64,000 nucleotides of DNA from Calcarisporiella thermophila CBS 279.70 (lineage: Eukaryota > Fungi > Calcarisporiellomycota), in the NCBI RefSeq assembly GCF_041956535.1, contig NW_027192193.1, forward strand, positions 112,366 through 176,365, read 5' to 3'. Shown here in pieces: positions 1 to 12,741 of this stretch. The notes under the pieces were generated by a model that worked only from the letters and a program-made list of their open reading frames with translations, was not told where the DNA came from and ran no database searches. The translations under genes were made by a program, and so were the position numbers. Numbering within the stretch: position 1 is the first letter of the stretch; every line of letters starts with the position of its first letter.

Positions 1-534
1 CGGTTTAGGAGTCACCGTTACAATGGTGGTCGGGCAGTTAGGATCCATATAGTCAGGAGATTCTATGGGTTGCCCAACAGTAGAGGTCAAGGTCATGACT
101 TCAGTGCATTTGCTCACCGGCGTTGGAGGAGTCACCGTCACGACTTTCGATGGACAATTTGGATCAAAGTTAGGAGGTGTTGTGAATGGTTGTCCGGCGG
201 TAGAAGTAAGGGTTGTGGTTCCAGAGCAAATAACGGTGACTATGTAGGGTGGTGGTTCTGTTGGAGTAGTGGGAGTTGGGGTGAGTGTCATAGTGGTGAT
301 TGACGATGACACGGTTATAGTGAGGGTGAAACATGCGGTCTGCGTGTATACCCCAGGGGGAACGTTCTTCATCCGGCTCCAGTTTGACAAAATAGATTGA
401 AGGAAATTCTCCACATACTTATTTTTGCTCAAATAGGCCCCGAGATTGTAGGCTAAACGGTCGAGACTCGAATCAGCATGCGCGGTGCTGGCCAGCGCAA
501 GTGCTGCGGTCGCGAATAGAGCGGTTAATTTCAT
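1..534 (-). CDS. Secreted Thr/Pro-rich repeat protein (cell-wall/adhesin-like), 3'-partial
   Basis: ATG at 534 and frame open to the window edge (absent from the ORF track). Signal peptide MKLTALFATAALALASTAHA, then two ~40-aa Cys-containing repeats C-x4-TLTST-x-GQP-x3-P-x2-3-DPNCP-x2-V/IVTVTP. Confidence 0.8.
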   Translation of the reverse strand, partial: MKLTALFATAALALASTAHADSSLDRLAYNLGAYLSKNKYVENFLQSILSNWSRMKNVPPGVYTQTACFTLTITVSSSITTMTLTPTPTTPTEPPPYIVTVICSGTTTLTSTAGQPFTTPPNFDPNCPSKVVTVTPPTPVSKCTEVMTLTSTVGQPIESPDYMDPNCPTTIVTVTPKP

Positions 535-944
535 TTGCTTTTCATGAAACAGAGAGGCAGACTGAAGGGAGCTCGATAACAAAGGTTACAGCTACACACT
601 AACGTAAGGTAAGGAAAAACGAAAAGAAAAAGAGAGAGGAGGGAAGGGGGTTGACACACTTAAAGCACAGCAAAGGGAAGGGGTCTTTAACACCCTGCTC
701 GATTCTTAACTAGCTTATTGGCAAAAATGGTTGTATTACCATCCTTTGGGTTAAACTTAGAAAGAAACTAGGGAGCGGTCGATCCGTACGGCTAATCCCG
801 GTGAAAATCTTAACATAATTTCCTTGCGCAAACCCCTTGTTCGACTGCGATTTTTCGCAGTCACGCATTGTTTACTCAACACCGGCCAAGATATTAATTT
901 GTATTAATACTCTATCAGGGGGCCAAGATTGACATGTATAGTAG

Positions 945-3106
945 ATGGTCAGCACTATGAAGGGTAGGTTCCATTGAAGTATTCTATTCCTCGTTCCTCC
1001 ATCTCAATCCATTCGTTCAATAGTCAAGAAATCGCTTCTCGAACAGCTCGCCGATTTTGAATCGACTGCTCCGAAAGGTATGGATGGCGGAATTCATTGA
1101 GGTTTACAGTCGGGTTTTGTAGGGCTCCCGTTTCTTAACTCTGAGTATATTTATTGGTACAGAACACGATCCAGAGGATATTGATGCTGGTATTAATGCC
1201 AGTGGATCCGAGGCTGAGGATGCGGCGGAGTTGGGCCGTGATCATTACATCGCAGTTGGGTGAGGATTGTAGAATTGGCGGCTGTCATCGTGAGTTGGGA
1301 TACTGACGATAACCATGTAATATTGAAAATAGAAAAAGTAAATTGAGGCAAGGATTGGAGCATATTCTAGACGATCCCAAATACGAGGGCAAGAGAAAGA
1401 GCCGCAGAGAAATCTTTGAGGATAGCTGGGATTATAAAGAAGACGATGAGGATGAAGATGAGCTGAACAATGCCGGAGGATATGGAATTAATACTGACGA
1501 AGTTTCCGATGAAGAGAGTCTCGATGAAGAGGAGGAGGAAATAGAGAGTGAAGATGACAATGAGGGGAGCGACGACGAGGAAGATGGAAGTGAAGAGGAA
1601 AGCGACGACGAGGAAGGTGATCAAAGCGAGAGCGATATCGAAGACGATCTGGAGGGAGAGAATGCCGCTGCGGCATTGCATAAGGCCGAGGAAGAGGAGC
1701 GCGATCTTTTGCGCACAATATCTCAGAACGCAGAAAATGATGTTGAGAAGGGCAATCATGTAAAGCAGCAAATAGTATGTTATGACTTTATTTTTTTATC
1801 TCTTGGTTGAATGGTTTCACAATGGGCGGATGAAATCTTTTAGGGAATGTGGGATACCTTGCTCGACTTCCGTATACGCATCCAGAAGTCGGTACAGATA
1901 GCGAATCAACTACCTCAGGTAAGATAACCTCTCTATTTGATCCCACCTTGAAAGCATTCTGGTATTGACACGCCCGCACTAGTATGATGTATATCCTGAA
2001 TATCGTGCCATGTCAGAAGATGTAGAGGCAGCCATCGCAGAAGCAAGGGCCGAGGTGTGCAGCCTTCTTGACAGTCTTTTGCGGCTAAGAGAAGACTTAA
2101 CGGAGGAAAATGAGGCTGTGCGGCTAGAGAAGCGCAAGCGGCCGCGAGAGGACGACCCTGACGCCACCGCAAAGATGGATGTCGAGGAGCTATGGGCATC
2201 GCTGAAGGGACACCATGACGCGTAAGCTCTATTGCTGACCCCCCCCCCCCTTACTTTTTTTCTCATCCCCTCACTTCCCATACTAATCCATGATCTCGAG
2301 CAGGTTCCTTCCCTATCGAGACGAGACACTGGAGAAATGGAGCAACAAGGTGCAGATCGCGTCGGGGATCCCGCTCAATAAAAAATTCAAGGCAATAAAT
2401 CAGGTGAGCCAGCTAGTCCCCGCTAGCCCTGTCGGGCTGCAATCAAGTCGACCGGAACTAATCCTATGGCATCCTTGGGTAGAGCATCCATTTCCAAATA
2501 CAACAAGTGATGGCGGACCGAGAGCGATTGATAAAGCGCACGCAGCTGAAGCGAGCCGAATATACCCCTCTTGGCTACGTAATAGAAGATGCCACTCTCG
2601 TGTTTTCTTGGGCTGGTCGACTAACCTAGCCGCCCCCTTCTCTCCACCCTTAGAAACCGAAACCTGTGCCAGCCACGACCAATGACGCGCAGCTCTCCAC
2701 GTACGACCCCGAATGCTTCGACGACACCGACTTCTACCAGCAGATGTTGCGCGAGCTAATCGAGAGCCGGATGGTGGACGCGGGAGACGACCTGGTGGCG
2801 CAGGGGATGCGATGGGCCGCCCTGCGGCAGGCGCGAGCGCAGAAGCAGCGCAAGGTGGACACGAAGGCGTCGAAGGGGCGACGGCTGCGCTACCATGTGC
2901 ACGAGAAGCTGCAGAGCTTCATGGCCCCGGTTCCCGCAGGAACGTGGCACGAGGAGATGGTGGAGGAGCTGTACGCTAGCCTGCTTGGCCAAAACGGCGA
3001 GAGGCTTGACGCGAGAGGGGCCCAGGCGGAGGAGGAGCCGCAGGAGGCGGGCCGCAGCACGCTCGAGGGCCCAATCGAGCCCAATGGGCTGAAGATATTT
3101 GGCTAG
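945..3106 (+). CDS. BFR2: Bfr2/AATF (Che-1) SSU processome protein, multi-exon
   Basis: Acidic N-terminal region; KGNHVKQQI-GMWDTLLDFRIRIQK (AATF domain); C-terminal TRAUB motif FDDTDFYQQMLRELIE...KVDTKASKGRRLRYHVHEKLQSFMAP. Joined through about 8 GT-AG introns. Confidence 0.93.
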
Positions 3107-3474
3107 CCCAATATATTATCTAAGAATAAACCGACTTTTTTGATCCTAATGAAGTGTCAAATTCGTTACGCAGCAGGCCGCGGCCCAATCACCGCGGCCC
3201 GCTGCATTTATCAAATCAATTGAAACAGGAAGAATTGCCTCACCGTCGTTGATTGAGTGGCTTCGTTCTTACCACACGATTGATCGGAAGTCGGTTATGC
3301 AATGTCCATTTTTTTTTTTTCAATTTTCCTATTTTCCCCCCCTCATGCCTCTTTCGATCTCCTCTGGAAGCCTTTGCGGCTGTCATTTTCTTCCCATGCA
3401 ATTCTGACATTGCGCGAATTCCCATCCCGATTCCGCCGCCCGCGCCGCCCGCCCGCCCGCCCTCGCTCTCCAGC

Positions 3475-5822
3475 ATGCTTTACCAAATACCGGTGAGTGA
3501 TATCAATCATTTTTTCGATATGGCAATACCCTTGTCGTTCTCTATAAAAGCCATCATAATCACCCAGTCTGCTCCCCCAGCCGTTTGAAACCCTTGTTAA
3601 AAAATTGGTTTCATTTTTTTTTTTCGCAACTATACTCTTTTCCCTTCGGTCAACGTCCTCTCCACCCTTCTTACTGTTTTGTCTAACGAAAAACGTCTAG
3701 TTTTACAACCCGAATCGAACCGTGACGACCCCCACCATGCAGGCCACCCACGCCTCCCATACTTCCTCCACACACGACCCGACGCTGGCGCAACCGCCGC
3801 AGCCCCCCCCGCACCAGGGTCAGCCGGGGTTACAAAGCCCCGCCCTGCGTGTTCTGCACTACTCGCCGCAGCACGGCCAGGAGGGCACGCCCTTCACCGT
3901 CGCGCTGCAGGTCCCCCAGCTTGAGAAGACGCTCAAGCTCGGGTTCGGCACCCTCATCGTCGACACCAAGCAGCTGAACACGCCGTCCTACGCTACCCTC
4001 TCCACCAACGTTCCCGCGTTCAGCCTGACAAAGTGGAACTCGGGGCGCGTGCCGGTCTACATCCTGGTGCTGGACAACGACACCGTCGTCGACAGCCGGT
4101 ACTTTGGCGACTTCACGTACGAAGACCGCAAGCGGCCCTCCTCGGACTTCTCGGACGGAGGAGAGCTGGCCGCAAGAAAGCGAGTCGGGCGTGTCAAAGG
4201 TTAGTAGCCGACTCCCCTTCCCTCCCCTCCTCGGCTAACCGTCCCCCCCCCCCCCTTGCCTCTCTCCTATGCTCGCGACCCCAGCCGAGGACGACATCTA
4301 CCTCAGCAACGTCAACTATCCATCGCTCTACCAGCACCAAATCGCACCCTCACGCCCACAAAACCCATTGCCGCAGCAATGGCCCCCGGCCAAGGGATAT
4401 GACGGTGAGCTCTCTGCCACCCCCCCCCCCCCGCCACTCGCCGCGCTAACCTTCTCCTCCTATAGATCCGCAGCGGCTCAACCTCTTCTCCCAATACACC
4501 TCCCCGTACGTGTACGGGCTCGGCGTCTCCACTGGTCTCAACATGGGCATGGGCGCGGGCGACTTCTCATGGTATGGCCAGGCCGCTCCTCAATCGCAAC
4601 CCACAACCCCCAACCACCCGGGCAACCAGCCTCCGCTACCCCAGCAGCAGCCACAGCAGGGCCAGCAGGCGCCTGGCCAGATGCATGGCCACAGCCCCAC
4701 CGATGCTCAAGCACAGCAACGAGGTGGCCGCACATACCAGCCGCCGCTTCCCGGAGCAAGCACGCCTGCCGTATCGCTGTCGAACTACAACTTCTACGCA
4801 AGCTTGCTCAACAAGGCCAACCTGAAATTTTCCGGGAATTTGGACGATATGGCCCGAAACTGGTAGATCTTGCAGATGATTAGGAATGGGCGAAATCACG
4901 TCCCCATGCTAACCCTCTCCCCCTCTTTTCCGTGCCATCCATCAAGGTCGCAGGAGGAATGGGAAAATCGGCGACGGCTTGTACAGTTTTGGCGTAAGCA
5001 GGAAGCAAACGATATCCACTGCTCATTCGCCCCCGTCTCCCCCGCCGACTGCTCCCCAAACTCCATCGTGGTCTCTTGCATCTACTGGCAAGAAAAAAAC
5101 GACTGCTACATCACCAGCGTAGACTGTATCTACCTCATGGAATCGCTGATCGGAGTGCGCTTCACGGTGGAAGAGAAGAACAGGATCCGGCGGAATCTCG
5201 AAGGCTTCCGGCCCTCAACCGTGAGCAAATGCAAGCCGGAGAGCGCCGAGTTCTTCAAGCTGATCATGAGCTTCCCCAACCCGAAACCACGCAACATCGA
5301 AAAGGACGTGAAGGTGTTCCCCTGGCGGGTGCTGCCGTTTGCCCTCAAGAAAATCATCAGCAAATACGTGAGTATAGCCCGTGCTCCCTCCATTCCAACC
5401 ATCGGCCCCTAACCACGACAGCCCTCTTGCATATCCAGACCGCAAGCTATAGCAGTACTGCCAGCGTGAACATGGATGCTATCCAGAGCGCCTCCGCCCC
5501 CGCCAGCGCATACCCCGTCTCCTCTCTCCTCCACCAGCAGCCATCTATCTCAAACCCCAGTGCCGCACCGTCTGCCCAGGCATCGTACCTCGACCCCCTT
5601 GGCATCCCGGACCAACACGCCCATCCATCCGCCACCCCGGGCCATCTGGCGGGGGACGCACCGCAGGCACATCCGGGCGGCATGCTCGGCTATGACCTCC
5701 GCCACGAATTCGATGGAGATAAAAACACGGATCCAAACGCCCCCGCCCACTTCGACGGCCAGGCGCCGGCTGGGGTAGAGGATTCCAACGGGCCAAGGCA
5801 AGGGCACCTGATGGTTCCATAG
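3475..5822 (+). CDS. MedA/Medusa (ACON-3)-like developmental regulator
   Basis: Conserved C-terminal block RRRLVQFWR...SCIYW...ITSVDCIYLME...FTVEEKNRIRRNLEGFRP...IMSFPNPKPRNIEKDVKVFPW and an N-terminal IPT/TIG-like segment. Short exon 1 (3475-3492) splices in frame to 3701. Confidence 0.85.
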
Positions 5823-5863
5823 GTTCCACGAGCAGCGGGTCAACGCTAGGGGCTCCCGTGAAG

Positions 5864-5883
5864 GAGAGAGAGAGAGAGAGAGA
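5864..5883. repeat. (GA)n microsatellite in 3' UTR
   Basis: About 10 GA units seen directly. Confidence 0.9.
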
Positions 5884-6633
5884 CCCCCCTGCATGATCCG
5901 ACTCTGTAGCATAGCACATGATCTAGGTATTTCTGGTCTTCCGTTACTAGCCCACCTCCCCTCCTTTCCCCTCTATCTTAGTTTTTCTTTTCTGTCGATG
6001 GGACGCATTGAACGGGACTCTACCTCACTTATATACTCTTGGATTAATTTTCTAATTTCACCTGATTTCTCTATTCGTGGGGCCTCGTCTTGTTTCCCTA
6101 GGCCCCCCTCACCCCCCTGTCTACCTTTGTATATTATGTAGATTAAGACCTTCTGATCTCTATATAAATCAGAGGTTGTACTATTGATATTGTTTGTTGT
6201 ATCCATCCACCCACTTCCCCCATTTTACCTACTTTGTCCGTTTGTCTCGATCCTCTATCCCCCTCTTTTGTACATGGTGTTTGTGCACGCGCGTTTTCTG
6301 CTGGTCTGCTTTACTATATTTAACGCGATGATGAAGGAAGACTGAAAATAAGTAAAAAAAAAAAAAAACCTGACATGGAGGGTCCATTTCGTCAAAACAG
6401 GAAACAGCAACACAAACAGCCATGGTTCAAGAAGAAGCTTATACAATCAACACCCGGCTCAAGAAAAGTGAGGAAAAAAAAAATAAAGTATACACACTCC
6501 TCCGAGCATAAACAATATCTATTTTTCTTAAGACATATTACATCACAATAAAATTATCAAGCAAAGAGGAACAAGCCCGGAGCGAGGATCCAACGAGGCC
6601 TCTTGCGGCAGGAGCAATGCTCGCATCATACCG

Positions 6634-7825
6634 TCAAAATCGGACCGCTATGGAAGATCCAGACCGTGCACCGCTGGGATAGACTTTAGTCCTCTTCTCA
6701 AAGCGGCGAGGCGCAGGAAACTCCGTACTTGGGCGAAACGTCCACCTCCCCTCCGTGGTGGGCTCGCTAGGAGTTGCCCTCGACACAGATGCCGAGGGAG
6801 GTTGAAGGGATATCGGGCGAGCACGCGCATCGGCACCGTTCATGGATGGAGGAGGGGGGGGAGGGAGAGAAGACATTGGGCGGTGGTGGCCACCCCCCAG
6901 AGAAGAAGGAGTAGATGCGGGAGGTGGCGGGGGGGGCGGAGGCGGAGGCGGAGAGGAAACTCTAGCCGAGGAGGCTGGAGGCGGAGGTGGGGGAGGTGGT
7001 GGAAGAGAAGGCATTCCCCTTGTAGGGGCGCTTGAAGGCAAGGGCCTCGAAGGTGATGATGCACGAGCTGTGGAGGATACGTTCAATCCAGAGGCAGGAA
7101 AAGGGGGTGGAGGAGGAGGGGGGGGCGGAGTATCCTCTCCACCAGACGTGGTAGATGGTTTGTTGCCAGGCGGAAGAGGCGGAGGCTTCCTCCCCACTGG
7201 TGGTGCAGGCACCGTTCTTGAAGGTGGCTTCGCGACAGGAGATGGCGCGGGGGGTGGGGGCGGGACAGCCCGACCGGGAGGTCTAGCGATAGTGGTGCTG
7301 GATGGCGACGAAGAAGGTGGAGCGGGGGCTGGGAAAGAGCGTGGCAAGGTGTTGCGACCTGGTAATTGGGGAGGGGTAGGACCAGTAGCTTTTGAGACCG
7401 TAGAAGCTTTTGGTATTGTGGGAGGTTTAACTAATCCAATCAATCTTGATTAATAAAACCAGTGAAAGAGAAAAAAAGCCCATCATGTCTACCTGTAGGC
7501 ATCTCAGGCCGGGATCCGGGGCCACTAGTTTTTCTGAGCTGAGGGACGCCACCAGCAAATAATCCTCCTAGCCCTGGGGGACCTCCAGCACCTCCTCCAG
7601 CACCACCTCCAATCGGAGGTCGCGCAAGCCCAGATGATGCTGCCGATGCACTCCCACCGGTCGATTTTCCTATAATGTTATCCACATCCGACGTGAGCGA
7701 AAATGTAAGAATGAAAATTGAGAAAATCGACACGAACCATCTATGACAGGTGCTGATCGATCATTTGTTACGGCCTTTTTTAGCTTTTTACCGCTTTGGA
7801 TTTGCTTTAGCAGTGCGCTGTCCAT
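6634..7825 (-). CDS. VRP1: Verprolin / WASP-interacting protein (WIP)
   Basis: WH2 motif ALLKQIQSGKKLKKAVTNDRSAP; second motif LGGLFAGGVPQLRKT; polyproline core; C-terminal WASP-binding motif RWTF...EFPAPRRF...KVYPSG. Two introns. Confidence 0.9.
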
Positions 7826-8710
7826 GAGGAAATAGGCGCGAATCGAAAAATATCCAATCCTTTGGTTGCTTTTAAACCACCTCCAGCATCCCTTGGCAAG
7901 CCCTGGGCAATCCCGACCGCCGACAAGAAAAGATGGCTTGGTGATGACGAAATCAATGACGTTGGCGCCCATTTTACTACGGGCGCACATTCCCTCCTGC
8001 ATGCGTGCACAGGGTCGCGAAATAGAAACAAAGCTATTCATCCAGTCTTGAATTCAACCTCCGGAGTTCTCGAGTAGGATGATGAACAAAAAAGCGGACG
8101 GACTTTCTCGATATGGGACCATCCCTTAATGGTTACAATCCATTAATTGTGTGCGACAATGACTTCTCCTCCTTCGGTTAATCATCTCTGCATGAATAGG
8201 CAGCCTCTGTTATCGGAAACTTCGAGAGGTGCGCCGGTGATGAGGGGCTAAGTTACAGTGTAAAAATAACCAGTATCTTGGAGGGTTTCCAAGGCTCCAT
8301 CTTTCACCTGGCTCCTGCATTTCCGGTCGCTCTCTTGTCTAGTCTCCCCAGATACTTAGGATAAAGTTGCCGCTTGAAGTGTTTTTATTTTCTGCCCATT
8401 GATAAATGCGATGCAATAGAGATAATAAGCTATTGTGTCTTTTGTGCACCTATCAATTAATTAGCCTCTTTCGACAATATAAACTCGGATTGTCTGTATT
8501 TACCACTTTTTTCCCACTGCCTTATTTTTTTTTTTTCGTTCGATTTCTCGAGAGTTGTCAAAAGTTACTAGGAGCTGTTGACGCTTCTTTTCCCCTCCTT
8601 CTTCCCTCTCCCCACAACCGGCACTTCTTTGCTGGCCAAAGATAACCCTCTACCCTTCCGCTCCTTTACCATCGATATCATTTTTATGGGCCATACTTCC
8701 TCCTCGCACG

Positions 8711-9475
8711 ATGTGGCTTCTGGTTCTCCTTTCCCTCTTCCTTTTTGTCGATGCACGAAGCTTGCCCATCCAGAAGCGGAGGCTCTTGCAGCAACGTAAG
8801 GAAAAACAAGCCGAAGAATACGAAGACTATACAGCCAAGGATAAGCCTCAAGCTAACAAACTCGAGGACAAGAGCAGTAAATCCAAAGGCAAAAGTAGCG
8901 AAAACACAAAGTCCTCGAAGACACCGGGCAAGAGCCGTGAAACCGACAACGACAAGAGCGAAAAGGCACCGGGACTAGGGGCGGCCCAAGGGCCACGGTT
9001 CATGACGTCAAGCACCTCGGTCTCAAAGTTGCGGGGGCCAACGCAGCTGGTGCAGCAGCAGCTATCCATTGCTAAACCTACCGCTACGTCTTCGCCTATT
9101 CCCACCATCTCCCTCGCAACAACACTCTCACCTTTTCAAACCACCCTCCACCCGTACTTCCCCCCCCAAATCTCGCCACCGTCAACGTTAGAGCCATCCA
9201 ATATACCCCCCAATAGTTCCTATACACCGTCTGGCCAGCAACTCGCCCCGCAGTCCCATGGGCCTTTCGCTATATTCCCTCTTGGTTTAATCATCACCGC
9301 TACGGTACTTGGGATCGGGACGGCCACGGTCCTGTTAGGGACCTGCGCCCGATACTATTCCCGTAGAGACAGGAGCCATACCGCCCTCATCGTAAAGGGC
9401 GTTTTATGGAAGCATAGAAGGCAGGCCAAGGAAATGGAGATCTCCTATCCTCTCCTCTGCAAAACTGACTACTGA
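8711..9475 (+). CDS. Type I membrane protein, Lys/Ser/Thr/Pro-rich ectodomain, unknown function
   Basis: 254-aa intronless ORF with signal peptide, KRR dibasic site, low-complexity ectodomain, a single TM (FPLGLIITATVLGIGTATVLLGTC) and a basic stop-transfer tail. Confidence 0.75.
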   Translation: MWLLVLLSLFLFVDARSLPIQKRRLLQQRKEKQAEEYEDYTAKDKPQANKLEDKSSKSKGKSSENTKSSKTPGKSRETDNDKSEKAPGLGAAQGPRFMTSSTSVSKLRGPTQLVQQQLSIAKPTATSSPIPTISLATTLSPFQTTLHPYFPPQISPPSTLEPSNIPPNSSYTPSGQQLAPQSHGPFAIFPLGLIITATVLGIGTATVLLGTCARYYSRRDRSHTALIVKGVLWKHRRQAKEMEISYPLLCKTDY

Positions 9476-9885
9476 CGCAAATCGCAAGGCGGGACGGCTT
9501 GCTGGTTATACTCATCTAGATCTTGTGTAAATGTATTTTATTTATTCAGAGGCAAACCGGGCCCTCTCTTGTTTGCTTTATCTTTCAATAATGCCCGTGC
9601 AAATATATACCAATCGGTTTTCTTATTTTATTAAACAATTTCGCCGCCATATCCAAGGGATAGGCGCGGTCAAGTGAAGGGGGAATGTATGGATTTCACT
9701 AGTCGAAAAGGATGCAATAGAGGCGCTGCGGAGCATGTGAATTCAAACTCAAAGAACCATCGCACAACAAAGCTTGATAGCGTTCCCCTGACTGTTTAGA
9801 TCCCCAACTTAAATATTCTCTTTACTCAACAACTGAAGCACTAGAGTGTTTGATGCTGCTGGGATCCAAGAGAATACGCGCTTCC

Positions 9886-11788
9886 ATGACACTCAAACGC
9901 CGAAATCCCCAACCACCGAAGCCGATCAATGGCGGTGATGACGAAGTAAACCATCTTGGATACTGTTTATTTATTTTCCTTTTGTCAATACATTCATCAA
10001 CCCACTCTAACTCGCTAACCTTGATTCCACCCTGATTAAAGGCCAAAGGCAGTGAGCAGAATCTCTTGCTTGCCGACCAGCCCTCGTCCACCAAATGGCG
10101 TAATTGGTGGCTCCGCGTCACTACCACTCTTCTTATGATCGCGGGTTTTCTTTTGATCGTTTCCATGGGCCATGTATGGGTTATATTACTGGTGGAGATC
10201 ATTCAAACGCTCGTTTATAAAGAGGTCATTACACTGGCGAGCCAAAAAAGCAAAGATAGAAAATTACCCTATTTTAAAGTATTGAGCTGGTAAATGGGAT
10301 TGAATTCTACGCGATTCTGGGATCAAGCGAGCGTAGATCGCTAACCAATGTTGAATTCTGCAGGTATTTCCTCGTGATTACTACCTACTTCCTCTATGGA
10401 GAAAGCATTGTGTATTACCTCAAGCAGATTGTGATGGTAGATGCATTTCTCCTCACGATCGCTACCCACCACCGATTTCTCTCGTTCATGCTTTATCTTA
10501 TTGGTAAGTTCTATTCCTAATACTACACCTACTGCTGCTGCTTGCGATGGGTAATAACCGAGATCTAATGGATACGTTTTTTAGGGTTTGTGTTTTTCGT
10601 CGCAACTCTCCAGAAAGGTCACTACAAATTCCAGTTCGTCCAGTTTTGCTGGACGCACATGGCTCTTTTCCTTGTTGTTTGCCAGAGTCATTTTATCATC
10701 AATAATATCTTTGAGGGGCTCATTTGGTAAGTTCTCTTCCGCTTCTTCTGCCCAGGAATGGATTCATACTCATCTGCCTCTGCCTTGGCCCCAGGTTCTT
10801 CTTGCCTGTATCTCTTGTGATCTGCAACGACTGCTTCGCTTATATTTGTGGCTTTTTCTTCGGACGTACCCCGCTCATCAAGTTATCGCCCAAGAAAACG
10901 GTAGAAGGCTTCGTTGGTGCGTTTGTGTTAACTATGTTGTTTTCCATCTTGGTAAGAATTTACGAGAGCGGTTTTCTTGGTATAAAGTGGGGATGCTTTG
11001 ACGTGTTCCGGTTTACATAGTGGACAACCATCTTTATCAAATTCGACTATATGGTCTGCCCTCCAAAAGACCTGGGCACCAATGTGTGGAGCGGGTTGAC
11101 TTGCGTTAGAAATCCGGTGTTTGTCTATCAAACCTATGAGCTGAAGCCGTGGCTGGCAGCGATTATAAAGCGGCTGGTAAGCCAACTCTCTCGATCTACC
11201 CTCCATTCCATTCAAGCGAATTCACTCTGTATTATTATTTGAAGCTCTTCATCAACGAGCCCCGGATCGTTTTTGCCCCCATTCACCTTCACGCTCTAGT
11301 TCTGGCTGCATTTGCATCTTTGATCGCACCCTTTGGCGGATTCTTTGCGAGTGGGCTGAAGCGGGCGTTCAAGATCAAGGTGGGCTTTTGCTCAACAAAA
11401 AAGCTTTGGAAATGCCCAATTTAAGGTGGAGATTGGAATCTATATATAGGATTTTGGCCATTCAATTCCCGGTCATGGTGGAATGACGGACCGTATGGAC
11501 TGTCAATTCGTAATGGGCATGTTCGCCAACCTCTATTACCAGAGCTTCATCAAGGTGAGTCCAAGATCTTTGCCCCAACCGTCTGATATAGGTGGAATCT
11601 CATTCCTCCCTCTGTTTTATTGGTTGCAGGTGCATCATGCCAGCGTCGGTAGTGTTCTTCAAACCATAGTGACAAGTTTGCCGCCGGCGGAACAAGTCGA
11701 GATTTATGAGCGGCTGCAGCTTTTCCTGGTCAACCAAGGGCTGCTTGGTTCAGAGATCAGAAAATGCTTAGAGGCGGTAGGAGAATAA
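9886..11788 (+). CDS. CDS1: Phosphatidate cytidylyltransferase (CDP-DAG synthase)
   Basis: KWRNWWLR; [32 protein letters not shown]; [37 protein letters not shown]. About 8 introns. Confidence 0.97.
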
Positions 11789-12741
11789 TTTCGCTGGAGT
11801 TCTAGGGATGATATGTTTTCGAATCGGAAGTCCGCTTTTTTTTTTTGCTCTTAGTATCGGAATGCTCTTAAAGAATTGCATGGTTTTCCATATAATCTTA
11901 TCCGTTTTTATTTTTATTTTCCTTAAGAGATTATAGCCTCCCCCTCCCCCTTGTCTCTCTTTCTTTCCCCTCTTATCGTCATATCTTTATCCCATTTTGT
12001 TCTCTTTGCTTGTGTGTGTTTTTTTTGTAAATGTCATCCCTTTTTTATCTTTATTTTTTTTTTCACTACTCTTTTTCCTTTATTTAATTGATACAATATC
12101 AAAAAAGGTGAAGTTCAGCTATGGGTGAGCGATGCACAAAATGGCTGTGTTTGTTTTTTTTTTTTCAATTCTTCTCTTGTGGCCAGTTTCATATGGAATA
12201 TTCCTGAGAGTAGAAGGTTCGATTAGTGGTTTCAATTCGATCGAAACTTGTAGTACCACCAGCTGAACTCTCATTAAGGACAGAAAAAAGCTCACGGTGA
12301 AGGTGGCCATTGGTCTGAGTTATTGCGGGCCAAATCACGAATTATGACAGCGGATTCCTCGGTTGGTCTTTGCGGTTTATTGCGACAAATTTGTTGTTTT
12401 TGCTCCACGTTGGACAGCCACGTTATAAATAAAGTAGGGCAATTAAATTGGCTGTAAAACCTTTTCTTGCTCAAGCTTCCTCTGTTTTATTTTCCTTACT
12501 CCCCCTTTTCCGCCCCTCCGTTTCTCTCTAGTCCCTGCCTCTCCTCCCTTTTCTCCGTTCTCCTCCTCCATCTTCATCATCATCCGCCTACCCATCTCCG
12601 TTCCTTCGTTCGTGCCTTCTATTGTTTGATATTTCACATCCAATATCATCATCATTTACCCTCTCCACCTCCATCTCGATATATATAATTATTTATATAT
12701 ATATTTCTGACTGTGTAATAACCATCTGATCGTTTGTTAGC

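Noticed and set aside
6842-7453. Gly-rich 203-aa plus-strand ORF
   Set aside because: Antisense shadow of the polyproline verprolin CDS.
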